From assembly GCF_009914755.1 (NCBI RefSeq), contig NC_060929.1: a stretch of DNA of 64,000 nt, one strand, 5' to 3'. This document shows, one piece after another, positions 1-22,489 of the stretch. The number at the start of each line of letters is the position of its first letter. Position 1 is the first letter of the stretch. Below the pieces are notes generated by a model that saw only the letters and a program-made list of their open reading frames with translations, made no database searches and was not told the DNA's origin. Source of the stretch: the human T2T-CHM13v2.0 reference genome, Homo sapiens. Position numbers and translations under genes: made by a program.

Positions 1-2080
<2,080 letters not shown>

Positions 2081-2273
2081 CTATGGCATTGCAAAGCGAC
2101 AACCCAAAGGTTGTGAGGGTTGCTGCCTGCTGCTGACATAGCAATAATACTCATTGGGCTCCTCCACTTCATATACGTTCTCTTCAATGGTATAGATGTT
2201 TTCTTCTGAGCGAATTCCCTCTGCTACTGCATTTGCCAATCCTGAGGGAGGGAGGTTGGCCAAAGAGATGAGG
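2081..2273 (-). CDS. HAVCR2: HAVCR2 (TIM-3) exon 7, cytoplasmic tail with Tyr motifs, to stop
   Basis: LISLANLPPSGLANAVAEGIRSEENIYTIEENVYEVEEPNEYYCYVSSRQQPSQPLGCRFAMP*; acceptor ccacag| at 2274-2275; 193 nt. Confidence 0.98.
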
Positions 2274-2601
2274 CTGTGGAAATAAAGTGTTGCGGTTGAG
2301 TTAAGCATTTCCCAGGTAACACGGAATAGAGTTAAGAGAATAGGCTTTCCCAAAGAGACAGCAACTAAATATAGTGCATGATCTTTGATCAGATGCTGAA
2401 CAAGTGGAAAAGCCAAGAAATGCAATAAAATACTATGGGGAAACAATTGAGAAAATGTCCATTAATTTTAATTTTCTTAGGTATAACAACAGCATTGTGA
2501 TAGCTAAGAGAATATTTTTATTTCTCGGAGGTGCAGGCTGAAGTTTAGGTGAAGTATCAAGATGTCTGCAATTATGTAAACATTTAGATTTTCAAAAAAT
2601 G

Positions 2602-3188
<587 letters not shown>

Positions 3189-3349
3189 AGAATCATTTTT
3201 GTAATCCAAATATATTGTATTCCATTCATGTGCCAAACATCACTAAAAGTCTAAAATCTAGTAAGTTATGTAAGCCATACCTATTTGAAATGGATGTGTG
3301 GGTGTGTATAATCAGGAACGAAGGTCAAGACAGGAGTCTATAACAGACT

Positions 3350-3525
3350 AGCAGTTCTCAGCCCTGACTGTTCACTAGAATCACCTGGAGAGCTTTTAGA
3401 ACAATTTCTATGCTTAGGCTTCATCCCCAGAGATTCTGATTCAGTTGCTCTGGGGTTGGCCCTGCATTAGTACACTTCAGTGCCTGGGTGATTCTAATAG
3501 GAAACTAAAGTTGAAAATGCCTGGG
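3350..3525. mobile_element. MER5-type (hAT-Charlie) DNA transposon relic
   Basis: cagttctcag...agaatcacctggagagctttt...cccagagattctgattcagt motif. Confidence 0.65.
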
Positions 3526-3918
3526 CTGTTTACAGAAATGCTGAGAACAGATACTGGGTTTCTTGCTCACTTCTGTAACGCCTAAGTGCAGCCCCGACCC
3601 TGGATATAATAGGAGCTCAATCCGTTGATGTTTCAGTTCAGTGGAAAAACCATTAATATCGAGATGAATAAGCATGTTGTATTATTAGGGTGATAAATTC
3701 TATACCTTAACTTTAGAACTAAAGAAGCTAGAGGTGTCAGGAAGTACACACAGTAGCATGTTACATTTTCACTTCATAACTAGACCTAGAGAAAGAAGGA
3801 AGTATAAACTCAGATCTCAAAGCCCCAGGACAGGATTTCTCAGAGAAAAGATCAGACATGTTAGAGTAGGGACTTCCAAGATTCTCACCTTTTCCCAACC
3901 CCATTCCATTATTCTTAC

Positions 3919-3955
3919 CTTAAATTCTGTATCTTCTCTTTGCTATGAGAATACC
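3919..3955 (-). CDS. HAVCR2: HAVCR2 exon 6 (37 nt)
   Basis: actag|GGTATTCTCATAGCAAAGAGAAGATACAGAATTTAAG|gtaag = (W)YSHSKEKIQNL(S); phases fit exons 5 and 7. Confidence 0.97.
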
Positions 3956-4139
3956 CTAGTAAGGGGGAAACAAAAGCCAATAAAAATGCATTCATAAAAT
4001 AAATGAGACAAGAAATCAAATAGGTTCACTGGAAGCACGCATAGTTTAGGGAAATCTGGTCTCATCTCAGATTGAGTTAAATGAAACTCTCAACGTGTGC
4101 CTTAGATAGTTATATGGACTGTGTTAAAAAATAATAATA

Positions 4140-6750
<2,611 letters not shown>

Positions 6751-7111
6751 GCCCTTTCATATTTCATCAGTTAGGAGAGGGGCAAAGAAGTTTTGAGCAG
6801 CAGTGAGGTATGGATGGTCATCTCAGAGAGTACACTAGAAAGATGGAAGATTGTGGGGCATTATTGAGTGTCAGTTTGTTTTTGTGAGGTCATGACTTAA
6901 AAAGCTGTCACCTTGATTTTAATATTTTCTCCAGCAACTTCCAGGGAAAAGATTGGAAATGAAACAGGCCTTTCTTATCTGTACTTCTCAGTAGCCATGT
7001 TTTTTTGGAGTGGCATATATGTGTGTGTACAAAGCATCAGATTTCCTCTAGATCCCATTACTCTTTATACAAACTAGAATAAGTGCTAATATGTATAAAT
7101 TATGGTCATAT

Positions 7112-7143
<32 letters not shown>

Positions 7144-7385
7144 TATATATATAAAGTGGTCTCTAATATATATAATAGTAAAGCTCAAAGTTTTACTTTG
7201 AGCCATGGCAGAAGTCAAAAAAGTAGTGAGTGTTATCAGTGCTCCTTAACAATCCCTAGTCTGTTTTGGAAATACTCAAGTGAGGCTAAGTGCAATGACT
7301 CATGCCTATAATCCCAACATTTTGGGAGGCTGAGGTGGGAGGATTATTTAAGCCCAGGAGTTTGAGACCAGCTTGAGCAACATAG

Positions 7386-7862
<477 letters not shown>

Positions 7863-8670
7863 TAGCCAGGTGTGGTGGCATATGCCTGTAATCTCAGCTA
7901 CTTGGGAGGCTGAGGCACAAGAATTGCTTGAACCCAGGAGGCAGAGGTTGAAGTGAGCCAAGATCACACCACTGTAGTCCAGCTCCCAGGTGACAGAGTA
8001 AGACTCTGTCCCAATAATAATAAATATATATATATGTGTGTATACATATATATACATATATATATATTCATGTGATCAATTCAAAAATTCCATGGCTATC
8101 TCTGAATAAACCCAGGTAAGTGTGGGTGGGGTAGTTTCTTTTTCTGAATAATCCATTTAACCATAATCGCAGAAACCATAAAGATGAGGAGCAGGACAGT
8201 CCTGGTTTCAAATCCAGTATCTATCAATTAACTGTGTAAATGCAGGCAAGTGACCTAACCTTTTAGCATGCTGATTCTCCATTAGAAACATATTAGTACC
8301 TATCTCATAGGGTAGTTACGAGAATTTAATGCACGTAAAGCACTTGGCAGCTTCAGTCCACAGTTAGTGGGGGGACCAACTCATGTTTTTCTTGGACTGT
8401 TCCAGTTTTAGCCCTAGAAGTCCCATATATCTTAGGAACACCCTTTAGTCTTGAGCTAATCTGAGGTGATTGCTCACTCTACACACACAGTCCCTGTTTG
8501 TGTATTAGTAAGAAAGGCTGCTATGTCATATTACGCTCTGGGGCATAAGGACTTGGTTTCTGCCCTAAAAGAAAATAAAATAGACACAATTATAAAAGTG
8601 TGTGAGTGGCCAGGCACAGTGGCTCACGCCTGTAATCCCAAAACATTGGGAGGTCGAGGTGGACGGATCA

Positions 8671-8913
<243 letters not shown>

Positions 8914-9432
8914 TTAGATCTTGATTGTGATGATGGCTTCCTACTGTAATTCTCCATCAAAATTCATCAACTTCAACACACTTCTTTTTTTTTTTTTTTT
9001 TTGGAGACTGTCTTATTCTGTTGCCCAGGGTGGAGTGCAATGATGCAATCACCGCTCACTGCAGCCTCCTGAGCTCAAGTGATCCTCCCACCTCAGCCTC
9101 CTGAGTAGATGGGACTACAGGTGTGTGCCACCATGCCCAGCTCATTATTATTATTATTACGTTGTAGAGGCAGGATCCTGCTTTGCTGCCCAGGCTGATC
9201 TTGGTCTCAAACTCCTGGGCTCAACTGATCCTCTCACCTCAGCTTCCGAAAGTGTTGAAAATACAGGCATGAGCCACTGCACCTGGCCATTGTATTTATT
9301 TATTTATTTATTTGCTTATTTATTTATATTTTATTACTTTTTTTTTTAAGACAGTCTCACTCTGTCACCCAGGCTGGAGTGCAGTGGCATGATCTGAGCT
9401 CACTGTAACCTCCACCTACCAGGTTTGAGTGA

Positions 9433-9651
<219 letters not shown>

Positions 9652-10248
9652 TAGTTTAAAAAAAAAAAGGGATAAGTAACTTAGAAAAAGCTATGTGCTA
9701 AGTACCATGATGGAGGAAAACATTCTCTAACCCCAGTCACGACCCAGTGTTAAAGGGACTTGCAGTCTACTGCCAGAGAGGTATGCCTGAGAAACCAATA
9801 ACAGAAAAGTGCACAGAAGGAAGTGTTTTTTGTTGTTGTGTTTCATAACAAACCTAGACATATTCATGAATTAAAGAAATTAGTTTACTGGAATCAGCCT
9901 GCCTGGATTTGATTTCCGGTTCTGCCAGGTACTGATGTTGAAACCTCGGGAAGGCAGCTTACTCTAAGCTTGACTTCCCTTCACTGTAAAATGGGGATGG
10001 TACTATTCCTTATCTCATAAGACAGTAATGATGATAAAATGTATGTAAAACATTTAACGCAGTGGCTGCCTGACACACAATAAATATTAAATAAAAATTA
10101 GCCATTATTGTTAGGATTTGGATGGACAAAAGGGTATTTAGTCTAATCATCTTTGGGTATAAACATGAATTTGCATTTCTATCTAGGTTTTTACTGGTTC
10201 TCACTGAAGAATTTGTTATCAGAGGGAGAGAGAAACAAAAACACTTAC

Positions 10249-10402
10249 ATTTGAAAATTAAAGCGCCGAAGATAAGAGCCAGAGCCAGCCCAGCACAGAT
10301 CCCTGCTCCGATGTAGATGCCTATTCTGATGGTTGCTCCAGAGTCCCGTAAGTCATTGGCCAATCTAGAGTCCCGTAACTCATTGGCCAATGTGGATATT
10401 TG
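10249..10402 (-). CDS. HAVCR2: HAVCR2 exon 5, stalk plus transmembrane helix (154 nt)
   Basis: catag|QISTLANELRDSRLANDLRDSGATIRIGIYIGAGICAGLALALIFGALIFK T|gtaagt. Confidence 0.98.
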
Positions 10403-11505
10403 CTATGGAAACACAAACAGGATTTAAGCAGAAAACAGCTAGAAATCGCTTGTGTAATCAGCTTCAAGATTTGTGAATTGGACCATCCCTTTTACAACAT
10501 CACAGGATGGCTGAGTCCTTCAAATCACCTTTGATCTGTCACCTTGTAGCCAACACTCAAGCCAACCCAAGAAAGGGTCTCCCTTAACCTTTGGAGTTAG
10601 CAAGGAAACAAAATGTGCCCTTCTGTGTTGTGGGTAGAGAAGGAGCTCTTAAAAAAAAAAAAAAAAAAAAAAGAGAGAAGGAGCTCTTAAGACCCTTTCC
10701 CTGCCCCTGCAAAAATTGGCTTTAGAGTGGAGTCTTGTTGGTTCAAGATCCCCTAAGATTCCCCAGAGAGTTTTAGAGTAGTTTACATTTAGTGTCTTGC
10801 TATGAAACGTCTATTTTTCACAAAAAGACAGTGATTCAATAGCCAAGACTTTACAGCCAGACGGTCGTGGATTCAAATTCCAGCTCTGAGGCCGGGCGCG
10901 GTGGCTAATGCCTGTAATCCCAGCACTTTGGGAGGCCTAGGCAGGCGGATCACCTGACATCAGGAGTTTGAGACCAGCCTGGACAACATGGTGAAACCCC
11001 GTCTCTACTAAAAATACAAAACTTAGCCAGGCGTGGTAACACATGCCTGTAATCCTAGCTAGTGGGGAGGCTGAGGCAGGAGAATCACTTAAACCCAGGA
11101 GGCAAAGACTGGAGTACTCGAGTTGAGATCATGCCACTGCACGCCAACCTGGGCAACAGAGCGAGACTCCATCTCAAAAAAAAAAAAAAAAAAAAAATTC
11201 CCAGCTCTGCCACTAAGGGCTGAGTAATCCTGTAGAGTTATCAGGAAAACTAAGTGAGAGAAAATATAAAATGCTTAGTACAGGGCCTGGTACATAATAA
11301 ATGTTCAATCAATCGTAGCTATTATTGCTATTGCTCTAATTAACTTGATTTTCTGATAACTGAGAGCCACACAAAATAAATCCTGTTTCTAAAATTTCAG
11401 TCTATGGGTTCTCTCTTTTTCTCTCTTTAAAAACAATGATTAGGCCAGGTGCGGTGGCTCACGCCTGTAGTCCCAGCACTTTGGGAGGCCAAGGCAGGCA
11501 GATCA

Positions 11506-11770
<265 letters not shown>

Positions 11771-11870
11771 TCACACCTATAATCTCAGCACTTTGGGAAG
11801 CTGAGATGGGAGGATCACTTGAGACCAGGAGTTAGGGACCAGCCTAATAATATTGAGACCCCATTTATAC

Positions 11871-11873
<3 letters not shown>

Positions 11874-11913
<40 letters not shown>
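11874..11913. repeat. (CA)n microsatellite at an Alu monomer tail
   Basis: Uninterrupted run of ~20 AC units. Confidence 0.95.
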
Positions 11914-11916
<3 letters not shown>

Positions 11917-12137
11917 TATAAGCATTTTTAAAACAATGAATTTAAGGAAGTTAAATCTTCCATTTATTCAATATACATTTACAAATTGATTCAATACACA
12001 TTACTCCTGCAATAACAGGAGTCCTATATGCAAGATATTGTGCATTAAGCATTGTGGGCACATACAGGTCCTTAAAAAGCACTGTTTGATTGCAAAGAGA
12101 GAAGGAGCAAATACAAGATGCTGAGCATCAGTTGTGA

Positions 12138-12389
<252 letters not shown>

Positions 12390-12551
12390 TAGAGACAGGG
12401 TGTCACTATGTGGCCCAGGCTAGTCTCAAACTCCTGGTCTCAAGCATTCCTTCCACCTTGGCCTCCTAAAGTGCTGGGATTACAGGCATGAGACACTGTG
12501 CCCGGCCTCCTCAAAGAATTTTTAAGTCATTGCTGCAAGCTTGCCTTCTAG

Positions 12552-12671
<120 letters not shown>

Positions 12672-12924
12672 TGAGTAGCTGAGACTACACAGGCACACAC
12701 CACCATACCTGGCTAATTTTTTGTATTTTTAGTAGAGATGGGGTTTCACCATGTTGACCAGGCTGGTCTCAAACCCCTGACAGGTGATCCACCCTACTTA
12801 GCCTCCCAAAGTGCTGGGATTACAGACGTGAGTCACTGCGCCCAGCCAGTTTTTCTTTTATTCTGAGAAGGTAGCAGGGACAGTAAAATTGAGGTTTATT
12901 AAGGTATGGCTTTATTTATAGTTA

Positions 12925-13428
<504 letters not shown>

Positions 13429-13806
13429 TTAAATACTCTTTCCCATTAGGATTGCAATGGAAGCAAGAAGAATGGTATTCTAGGGAGATGAAGAATCTTT
13501 GAACCTTCCACAGGGTAGACAGTTGTGAAATTGAAGAATAAGAGGGACAAAATGCTAATGTTTCTTCTTTGTGGTTTTCAAGCTCTTACTATATGCCAGG
13601 CACTTTACACACATCATGTCAGTCCTTCATTACAGCAGGCCTATGAGGTTAGAACTGTCATCATCAACATGTTACAGCCCAGGAATCTGAAGCTAAGGGA
13701 ACTTAAGGCTTTTTACCCCAAGGACAAGGTGGGCATGAAGGAAGTCTAAAGCCATGATTTCCCCTCCAAGTTGAGTACAACATAGCTCACAAAAAAAGTT
13801 ACTTAC

Positions 13807-13850
13807 TGTTAGATTTATATCAGGGAGGCTCCCCAGTGTCTGTGTCTCTG
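13807..13850 (-). CDS. HAVCR2: HAVCR2 exon 4 (44 nt)
   Basis: tatag|(A)ETQTLGSLPDINLT|gtaagt; preceded by a (CT)n polypyrimidine tract. Confidence 0.97.
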
Positions 13851-14190
13851 CTATAAAAAGAGAGAGAGAGAGAGAGAGAGGAAAAATAGCCAATAGTATA
13901 GTTAAGAACGTTTTCTTTTATCTAAGTTTTTAAAAAATCTTAATGATGCCTATAATCCTATTTGAAATGAATTCTACTCCGTACTTGTCACAATAATTAA
14001 TGGAGAGACAGACAAAATTTACTGAACACCCAGGAATCAACTTTAGGATGGCCACATTTTTTCATCTAGATAATGAACCGTACTGTTTTATGAAATAGAG
14101 ACTTCTGCCAGGAAGTCCTACATTAAATATGTGCTTTGTTTTTTTCACAGGACCCTAATGAGTTCTACAAACATCTAGCAATATTGATAA

Positions 14191-14427
<237 letters not shown>

Positions 14428-14570
14428 TGACCTCAGGTGATCTGCCCACCTCAGCCTCCCAAAATGCTGGGATTACAGGTGTGAACGACCAGGCTTGGCC
14501 TCAGGCATTATATTCTAATTAGATTTTAAAAGACAACAAAAATTCATTTCCTTCTTTTTTGTTTTTTTGA

Positions 14571-14963
<393 letters not shown>

Positions 14964-15747
14964 TAAGTTTTGCATTTACTCATGAGAAGGGAGACAGGGT
15001 TGCCAACAAATGAAAATAATCACTGTGGTCACAATGTAATAGGAGCCAGGCCTTGTGCTAAATAAACTCTTTCAGTGAAGAAGCTCATTTTAGAGATACT
15101 TAGAAGCACTTACTTTAGAACTACGCTTCTAAAGTAGAGACTGTTAGTCCCATTGCACAGATGAAGAAACTGAAAATTAGGGAAGTGAAGTGACTAACCC
15201 AAGGTCACATGACTTAGCAAATGACAAAATGGCCTTCCAATTTAGGTCTGCATAGCCTTAAATGCACATTCTTAATTATACTGCCTTCACCAGCCCTTAC
15301 CTCAGTGCTGTCATTATGAAGAGGGTCATGTTGCCCAGCCACCCACTCACCATCTTTCCTTCCTGTTCATTTGTTTATTTCTTCATCTGCTGATCCATTC
15401 CATGAATATGCACTATGCCCTTACTCTAGGCACAGGGGACAGAGCAGGAAACAAGAGGGGCACAGGCCCTGACCTCATGAACACTGAATTCTAAAAATAA
15501 GTACATTGCCAGCTTTTGGAAAACTAAGCATGCTTACTCATTTTTATGGCTGAGTCAGAGATGTTGAAACTTCTTAAATGTCACTGTCACCTTCTGGAAG
15601 CCTTAATGTGTATAAAGGGTTTGACTAAATGCTGGTTTAGCAAACTATAGTTTAAATATTATAAAGGCATAGCCTCAGCCTAAAATTATTGAAGAAAAAA
15701 AGATTATGTTCCAATTACTTTTGCCCTAATTACCAGAAAAAAATTTA

Positions 15748-16064
<317 letters not shown>

Positions 16065-17595
16065 TCATCAGTACAACTGCTAAGTAAACATGAATCTTAA
16101 GTGCACATAAGATTTTAAATGTAAATCCAGTTTCAGACTCCTTATAATTATTTTTCTTGATAAAAATGGTAAAACTAACTTTTTAAAAACTTCATTTTGC
16201 TATGAAAATGATCAGTAAAATCAAGCACTGTTGTGTCATTACAGCTTTTTTTCACACAGATTTGGCCACCAACCAAGATGGATGGGACAGTTGAAGGGAG
16301 TGGCAATGTTCTTTCTGGAGAAACCAAGATTTGCCTGGTGGGGCAGGTAGCAGCGGAGGTGAGATGTGATGGCCTTAACAGTGTATAAATTTAGTAGTTA
16401 CCATCTATTTGGTACTTATTAGGTGCCAGACATGGTGCTTAGCACCATATACATACAATCTCATTTAATCCTCAACCACAATAAGTAGGTACTACTATTT
16501 TCCCCATTTTTCAGATGAAGATACTGAGTCTGAGAGAGCCACTTTGCCCAAGATCACACAGCTATTAATTGGGAAAGCTAGGATTTAAAGCAGATCTACT
16601 CTAGAGCTGAGGACTCACCTGTGACCCAGTCCTTACTCCTTCAGGTAGAAGACAAGTTGCATTTGTTCTGTGTTCAAATTCCAGGCCCTTGGATCTCTTA
16701 CTTTTAAAGGCTCTACTCCATTTTTTTTTTTTTTTTTTCTGAGAAAGGGTCTCGCTCTGTTGCCCAGGTTTGGAGTACAGTGGCACCAACTCGGCTCAGT
16801 GAATCCTCAACCTCCTGAGTTCAAGCAATCTTCCTGCCTCAGCCCTGCCAAGTAGCTGGGACTACAGGCACATGCCACCATGCCCGGCTATTTTTTTTTT
16901 TTTTTTTTTTTTTTGGGATGGAATCTCGCTCTGTTTTCCAGGCTTCAGGACAGTGGTGAGATCTCGGTTCACTCCTCCCAGGCTCAGACAATTCTCCTGC
17001 CTCAGCCTCCTGAGTAGCTGGAATTATAGGCATGCACCACCATGACCAGCTAATTTTTGTATTTTTAGTAGAGACAGGGGTTTCACCATCTTGGCCAGGC
17101 TGGCTTAAACTCCTGACCTCAGGTGATCCGTCTGCCTTGGCCTCCCAAAGTGCTGGGATTACAGGTGTGAGCCACTGCACTCAGCCTAATTTTTTGTATT
17201 CTTAGTAGAGATGGGGTTTTGCCATGTTGCCCAGGCTGGTCTTGAACTCCTGAGCTCCAGTGATCTGCCTGCCTTGGCCTCCCATAGTGCTGGGATTACA
17301 CATGTGAGCCACTGTGCCCAGCCCCATTTTTATATTAAATGCTCCCACATCCCACATTTAGAGTTGGTTTGCCAGCAGCCAATTTACATAATGTTACATA
17401 TTATAGACAAACCATTAAATATTCATTCATTTCAATTTTTTATTTTATTTTCCTATTTAGGAGCTACTGACCTATTTTTGGTTGTTTCAATATTTTTTCT
17501 CAGTCAGGCCCTTGAGAAGCTCAGAGGTTCGAGGTATTATTCCTATATTCCCATTTTTGTTGCCCTAGAGGGAAGGAACTAACAAGCAAAAACTA

Positions 17596-18093
<498 letters not shown>

Positions 18094-18096
18094 TCA

Positions 18097-18321
<225 letters not shown>

Positions 18322-19613
18322 CTATTAAAAAAAAAAAAAGTACTGAAGCACAGGATGGGAAAGTGAGACTAAATGACCCTTGAAGTCCCTTCTAGCACTA
18401 TGGTTGTAAGATTCTTTAAAATATAACAATGGCATACAATAAGTATCTGGTATAACTTTATTATTTTCTGTCCCCACCATATTTAGTTTCCTCTCTAATT
18501 GCATAAAAGATGTTGGCTACCAGTCACTAAAGACTAACCAAAGACTGAAACTTTGGAGAGCTAAAACCAGTAACTATAGTAATAATAAACAGTTGAGTGC
18601 TTTTTATGGGCCAGGTACTATGCTGAGCATTTTACATACATTATCATGTTTATACATTACAACCACCTCATGACATGGGCACTGGAATTATCCTCATTGT
18701 AGAGATGAGCAAACTGAGCTTCAGAGAATTTGAGCAACTTGACTGAGGTCACAGAGCTATCAAGAACAGCTGAAATTAGAACCCATTCCACCTGTCACTG
18801 AAGTACTTTAACCACAATCTCACTGTGCCTCCTGATCTTATAATATTAACGACAACAGCTAACATGTACAAATTGTGGTCAGACATTGGGATAAACGTTT
18901 TAGACATTTTCTTATTTAAAGCCCATAAGGTGTGATTTATGAGATTTATGACATTATGAGGTGGGACTCACCTATTAACCTCATTTTACAGAAGAAAAAA
19001 AAATGGAGCTCCAGAGAGTTTAGAAGAGACCAGGACACTGACAAGAAATACCTTAAAATTAACCTTCATGATCAATGTGACTTGACTTCTGCTTTATGCC
19101 CAGTGTTCTCTTCTGGAGCACCCTGAGTACGTCCTTGCTGAATTACATGAAGAATTTAACTATTCTTTCTGTGGCTGGAATCCAGGGAAGCTGATGGGCT
19201 TTATTCTAGCTAGAAAGCATCCTAGAAATCACCTAATCCAATGTGTCAGTTCTCAAACACAGACTGGCACCAGTTCATGACCAAACATCACCAGTCCAGG
19301 GTCAGTCAGAAAATGTGGACAAAGTAATGAGCATTTCATTCAATTTAGTTAATATTTAAGTAAAATTAAAGACTATAAAGTTTATTAACTTTTTTCCAGT
19401 TAAAATTTAAGTAAAATAATCCTAAGCCAGACCATCTTTTTCCCAGCACAGGTGTGTCTCCACCACTTCCCTCTTTTCAAACACTATTTCAGGTGCATGG
19501 AGATATCCATGCCTCCACTCTCACACTGTTTTCTCATCTTTTTTTCCCACATTCAAAATCCTCTGAATTCAGAGCCAGCTAAAGATTCCCTCCTCTGCCC
19601 CATGCATAGTTAC

Positions 19614-19697
19614 CTGGGCCATGTCCCCTGGTGGTAAGCATCCTTGGAAAGGCTGCAGTGAAGTCTCTCTGCAGAGTCGGTGCAGGGGTGACCTTGG
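19614..19697 (-). CDS. HAVCR2: HAVCR2 exon 3, mucin-like stalk (84 nt)
   Basis: ttag|(A)KVTPAPTLQRDFTAAFPRMLTTRGHGP G|gtaact. Confidence 0.98.
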
Positions 19698-19953
19698 CTA
19701 ATGTCAGAAACAACATAAGGATGAAAATTATCTGAGAGCAGAAAGCTTATTTCAGGGAATCAAAGGGGCAGCAAGAAAAAAATGCGAAAGACAATTAAGA
19801 AGGAGAAATACACCCTCAGCTTCCAAACCTGCCTGGATACCTACGTTGAGAGTGTATCACACACTTCAAATGTTTGACAAAGGTAAGATGCAGTCATCAT
19901 TGTTACATTCTGATTATTAATAGCGGAACTAACAGCCACACAAATGGCCATAA

Positions 19954-20471
<518 letters not shown>

Positions 20472-20850
20472 TAAAGGCTTTTAATAAAATATTATCACAT
20501 AAAATCCTTCTAATGGCCCACATGATCGGTATTATTGTCATATTTTATAGAAGAGGAGCTCACAGCGTTTCAATAACTTGCTCAGGATTATATAGCTAGT
20601 AAGAGGCAGAGTTAGATGTAAACTCAGCTCTATCTGGGCACAAAGTACATGTTATAGAAATCTTAAGTCTGTTCACCTCCCAGCATACATGCATAACCCA
20701 GCAGTTCACCATGCTGGCTGCACCTGGGGTAAAATCACCTGAGGTAGACTCTGTAAAAAGCTAATGCTTAGCATCTACCTCCAGAGATGCTGATTTCTCT
20801 GGTTTTTGGTAGTGGGGTTTTTTCTTCTGCTTTTTAAGAGATAGGGGTAG

Positions 20851-20961
<111 letters not shown>

Positions 20962-21573
20962 TAGTTGTTTAAAAACTCTCTATGTGATTCTAATGAGAGT
21001 CAGGGTCTCTAACCACTGATCTAGGCCTTTCATCCCATCTATACATTCCACCCATGAGTTTTGGCTTTTCTTTTCTTTTTTCTTTTTTTTTTTTGAGACA
21101 GAGTTTCACTCTTGTCAGCCAGGCTGGAGTACAATGGCGAGATCTTGGCTTACCGCAACCTCCGACTCCCAGGTTCAAGTGATTCTCCTGCTTCAGCCCC
21201 CCAAGTAGCTAGAATTACAGGCTCCCGTAACCATGCCTGGCTAATTTTTTGTATTTTTAGTGGAGACAAGGTTTTACTATGTTGGCCAGGCTGGTCTCGA
21301 ATTCCTGACCTCATGATCCACCGGCCTCAGCCTCCCAAAGTGCTGGGATTAGAGGTGTGAGCCACCACGCCCAGGCACACCCATGAGTTTTAAAACAGAG
21401 AGAAGGTGTTAAATATCACTGAGCATCACCAATGGGGCCTGTTAAACTTTAGGTCTTAGTGGCCCTCCTCCAGGGCTATAATTAGGGAAGTCAGAGATGA
21501 GAACAATCAGTACCTTTAATATGATCCACAGATAAATCTTATTCATAAAGATGGCATGCAAATGTCCACTCAC

Positions 21574-21909
21574 CTGGTTTGATGACCAACTTCAGGTTAA
21601 ATTTTTCATCATTCATTATGCCTGGGATTTGGATCCGGCAGCAGTAGATCCCACTGTCTGCTAGAGTCACATTCTCTATGGTCAGGGACACATCTCCTTT
21701 GCGGAAATCCCCATTTAGCCAGTATCTGGATGTCCAATAATTCACATCCCTTTCATCAGTCCTGAGCACCACGTTGCCACATTCAAACACAGGACAGGCT
21801 CCTTTGCCCCAGCAGACGGGCACGAGGTTCCCTGGGGCGGCTGGGGTGTAGAAGCAGGGCAGATAGGCATTCTGACCGACCTCCGCTCTGTATTCCACTT
21901 CTGAGGACC
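21574..21909 (-). CDS. HAVCR2: HAVCR2 exon 2, IgV domain (336 nt)
   Basis: tgcag|SSEVEYRAEVGQNAYLPC...VCWGKGACPVFEC...DSGIYCCRIQIPGIMNDEKFNLKLVIKP G|gtgagt; six TIM-type cysteines. Confidence 0.99.
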
Positions 21910-22046
21910 CTGCATAGAGAGAGAAGGAGAGCCAAGACTCAAGCGGTGAGTGAGGTTACTCCATTTCAGGAAAACTGCAAGCCATGTCTTACAGAATAAA
22001 GAGGAAGCTACTGCTGCAGTCCTGTTTGGAGGATGATTCGCTGTGA

Positions 22047-22236
22047 CAATGCTTCTCAGATGTGAAGGCCATCAGAATCACTGGGAAGCCTTGCGAAAAC
22101 AGATTGCTGGGCTCAACTGCTAGAGTTCCTGACTCAGTTGGCCTGTGGTAGAGCCTGAGAACTTTTATTTCTAACAAGTTCTCAAGTGTTGCTGAAGTGG
22201 CTGGTCTCAGAACCTCACTTTCAGAAACACTGCCCT
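22047..22236. mobile_element. MER5A DNA transposon in HAVCR2 intron 1
   Basis: catcagaatcac...cagattgctgggc...tttctaacaagttctc...actttcagaaacactgcccta. Confidence 0.75.
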
Positions 22237-22489
22237 AGGAGAGAATTGTGGCCCAATTCTGTGAACACGGGAGAACAGGGCTGATGGAAACAGACAATCA
22301 GAAAATTAGTCATGGTCAGCCAGGAAACGGCCCGCCCATCTGGGCTACTTGCTTGTTCATCAACAAAGGGAGGCTCTCCTAACATACTTCTCTTTTTAAG
22401 CAGCAAGTGCACAGTAAATACAAACCCTTGGTTAAATAAGGATCTTGTGTATTTGAAACTACTCATGGAGTTGTTTTAAGGTTTAAAGT

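Noticed and set aside
2274-2446. Hydrophobic N-terminal extension of ORF 2081..2446
   Set aside because: Intron 6 sequence upstream of the true acceptor
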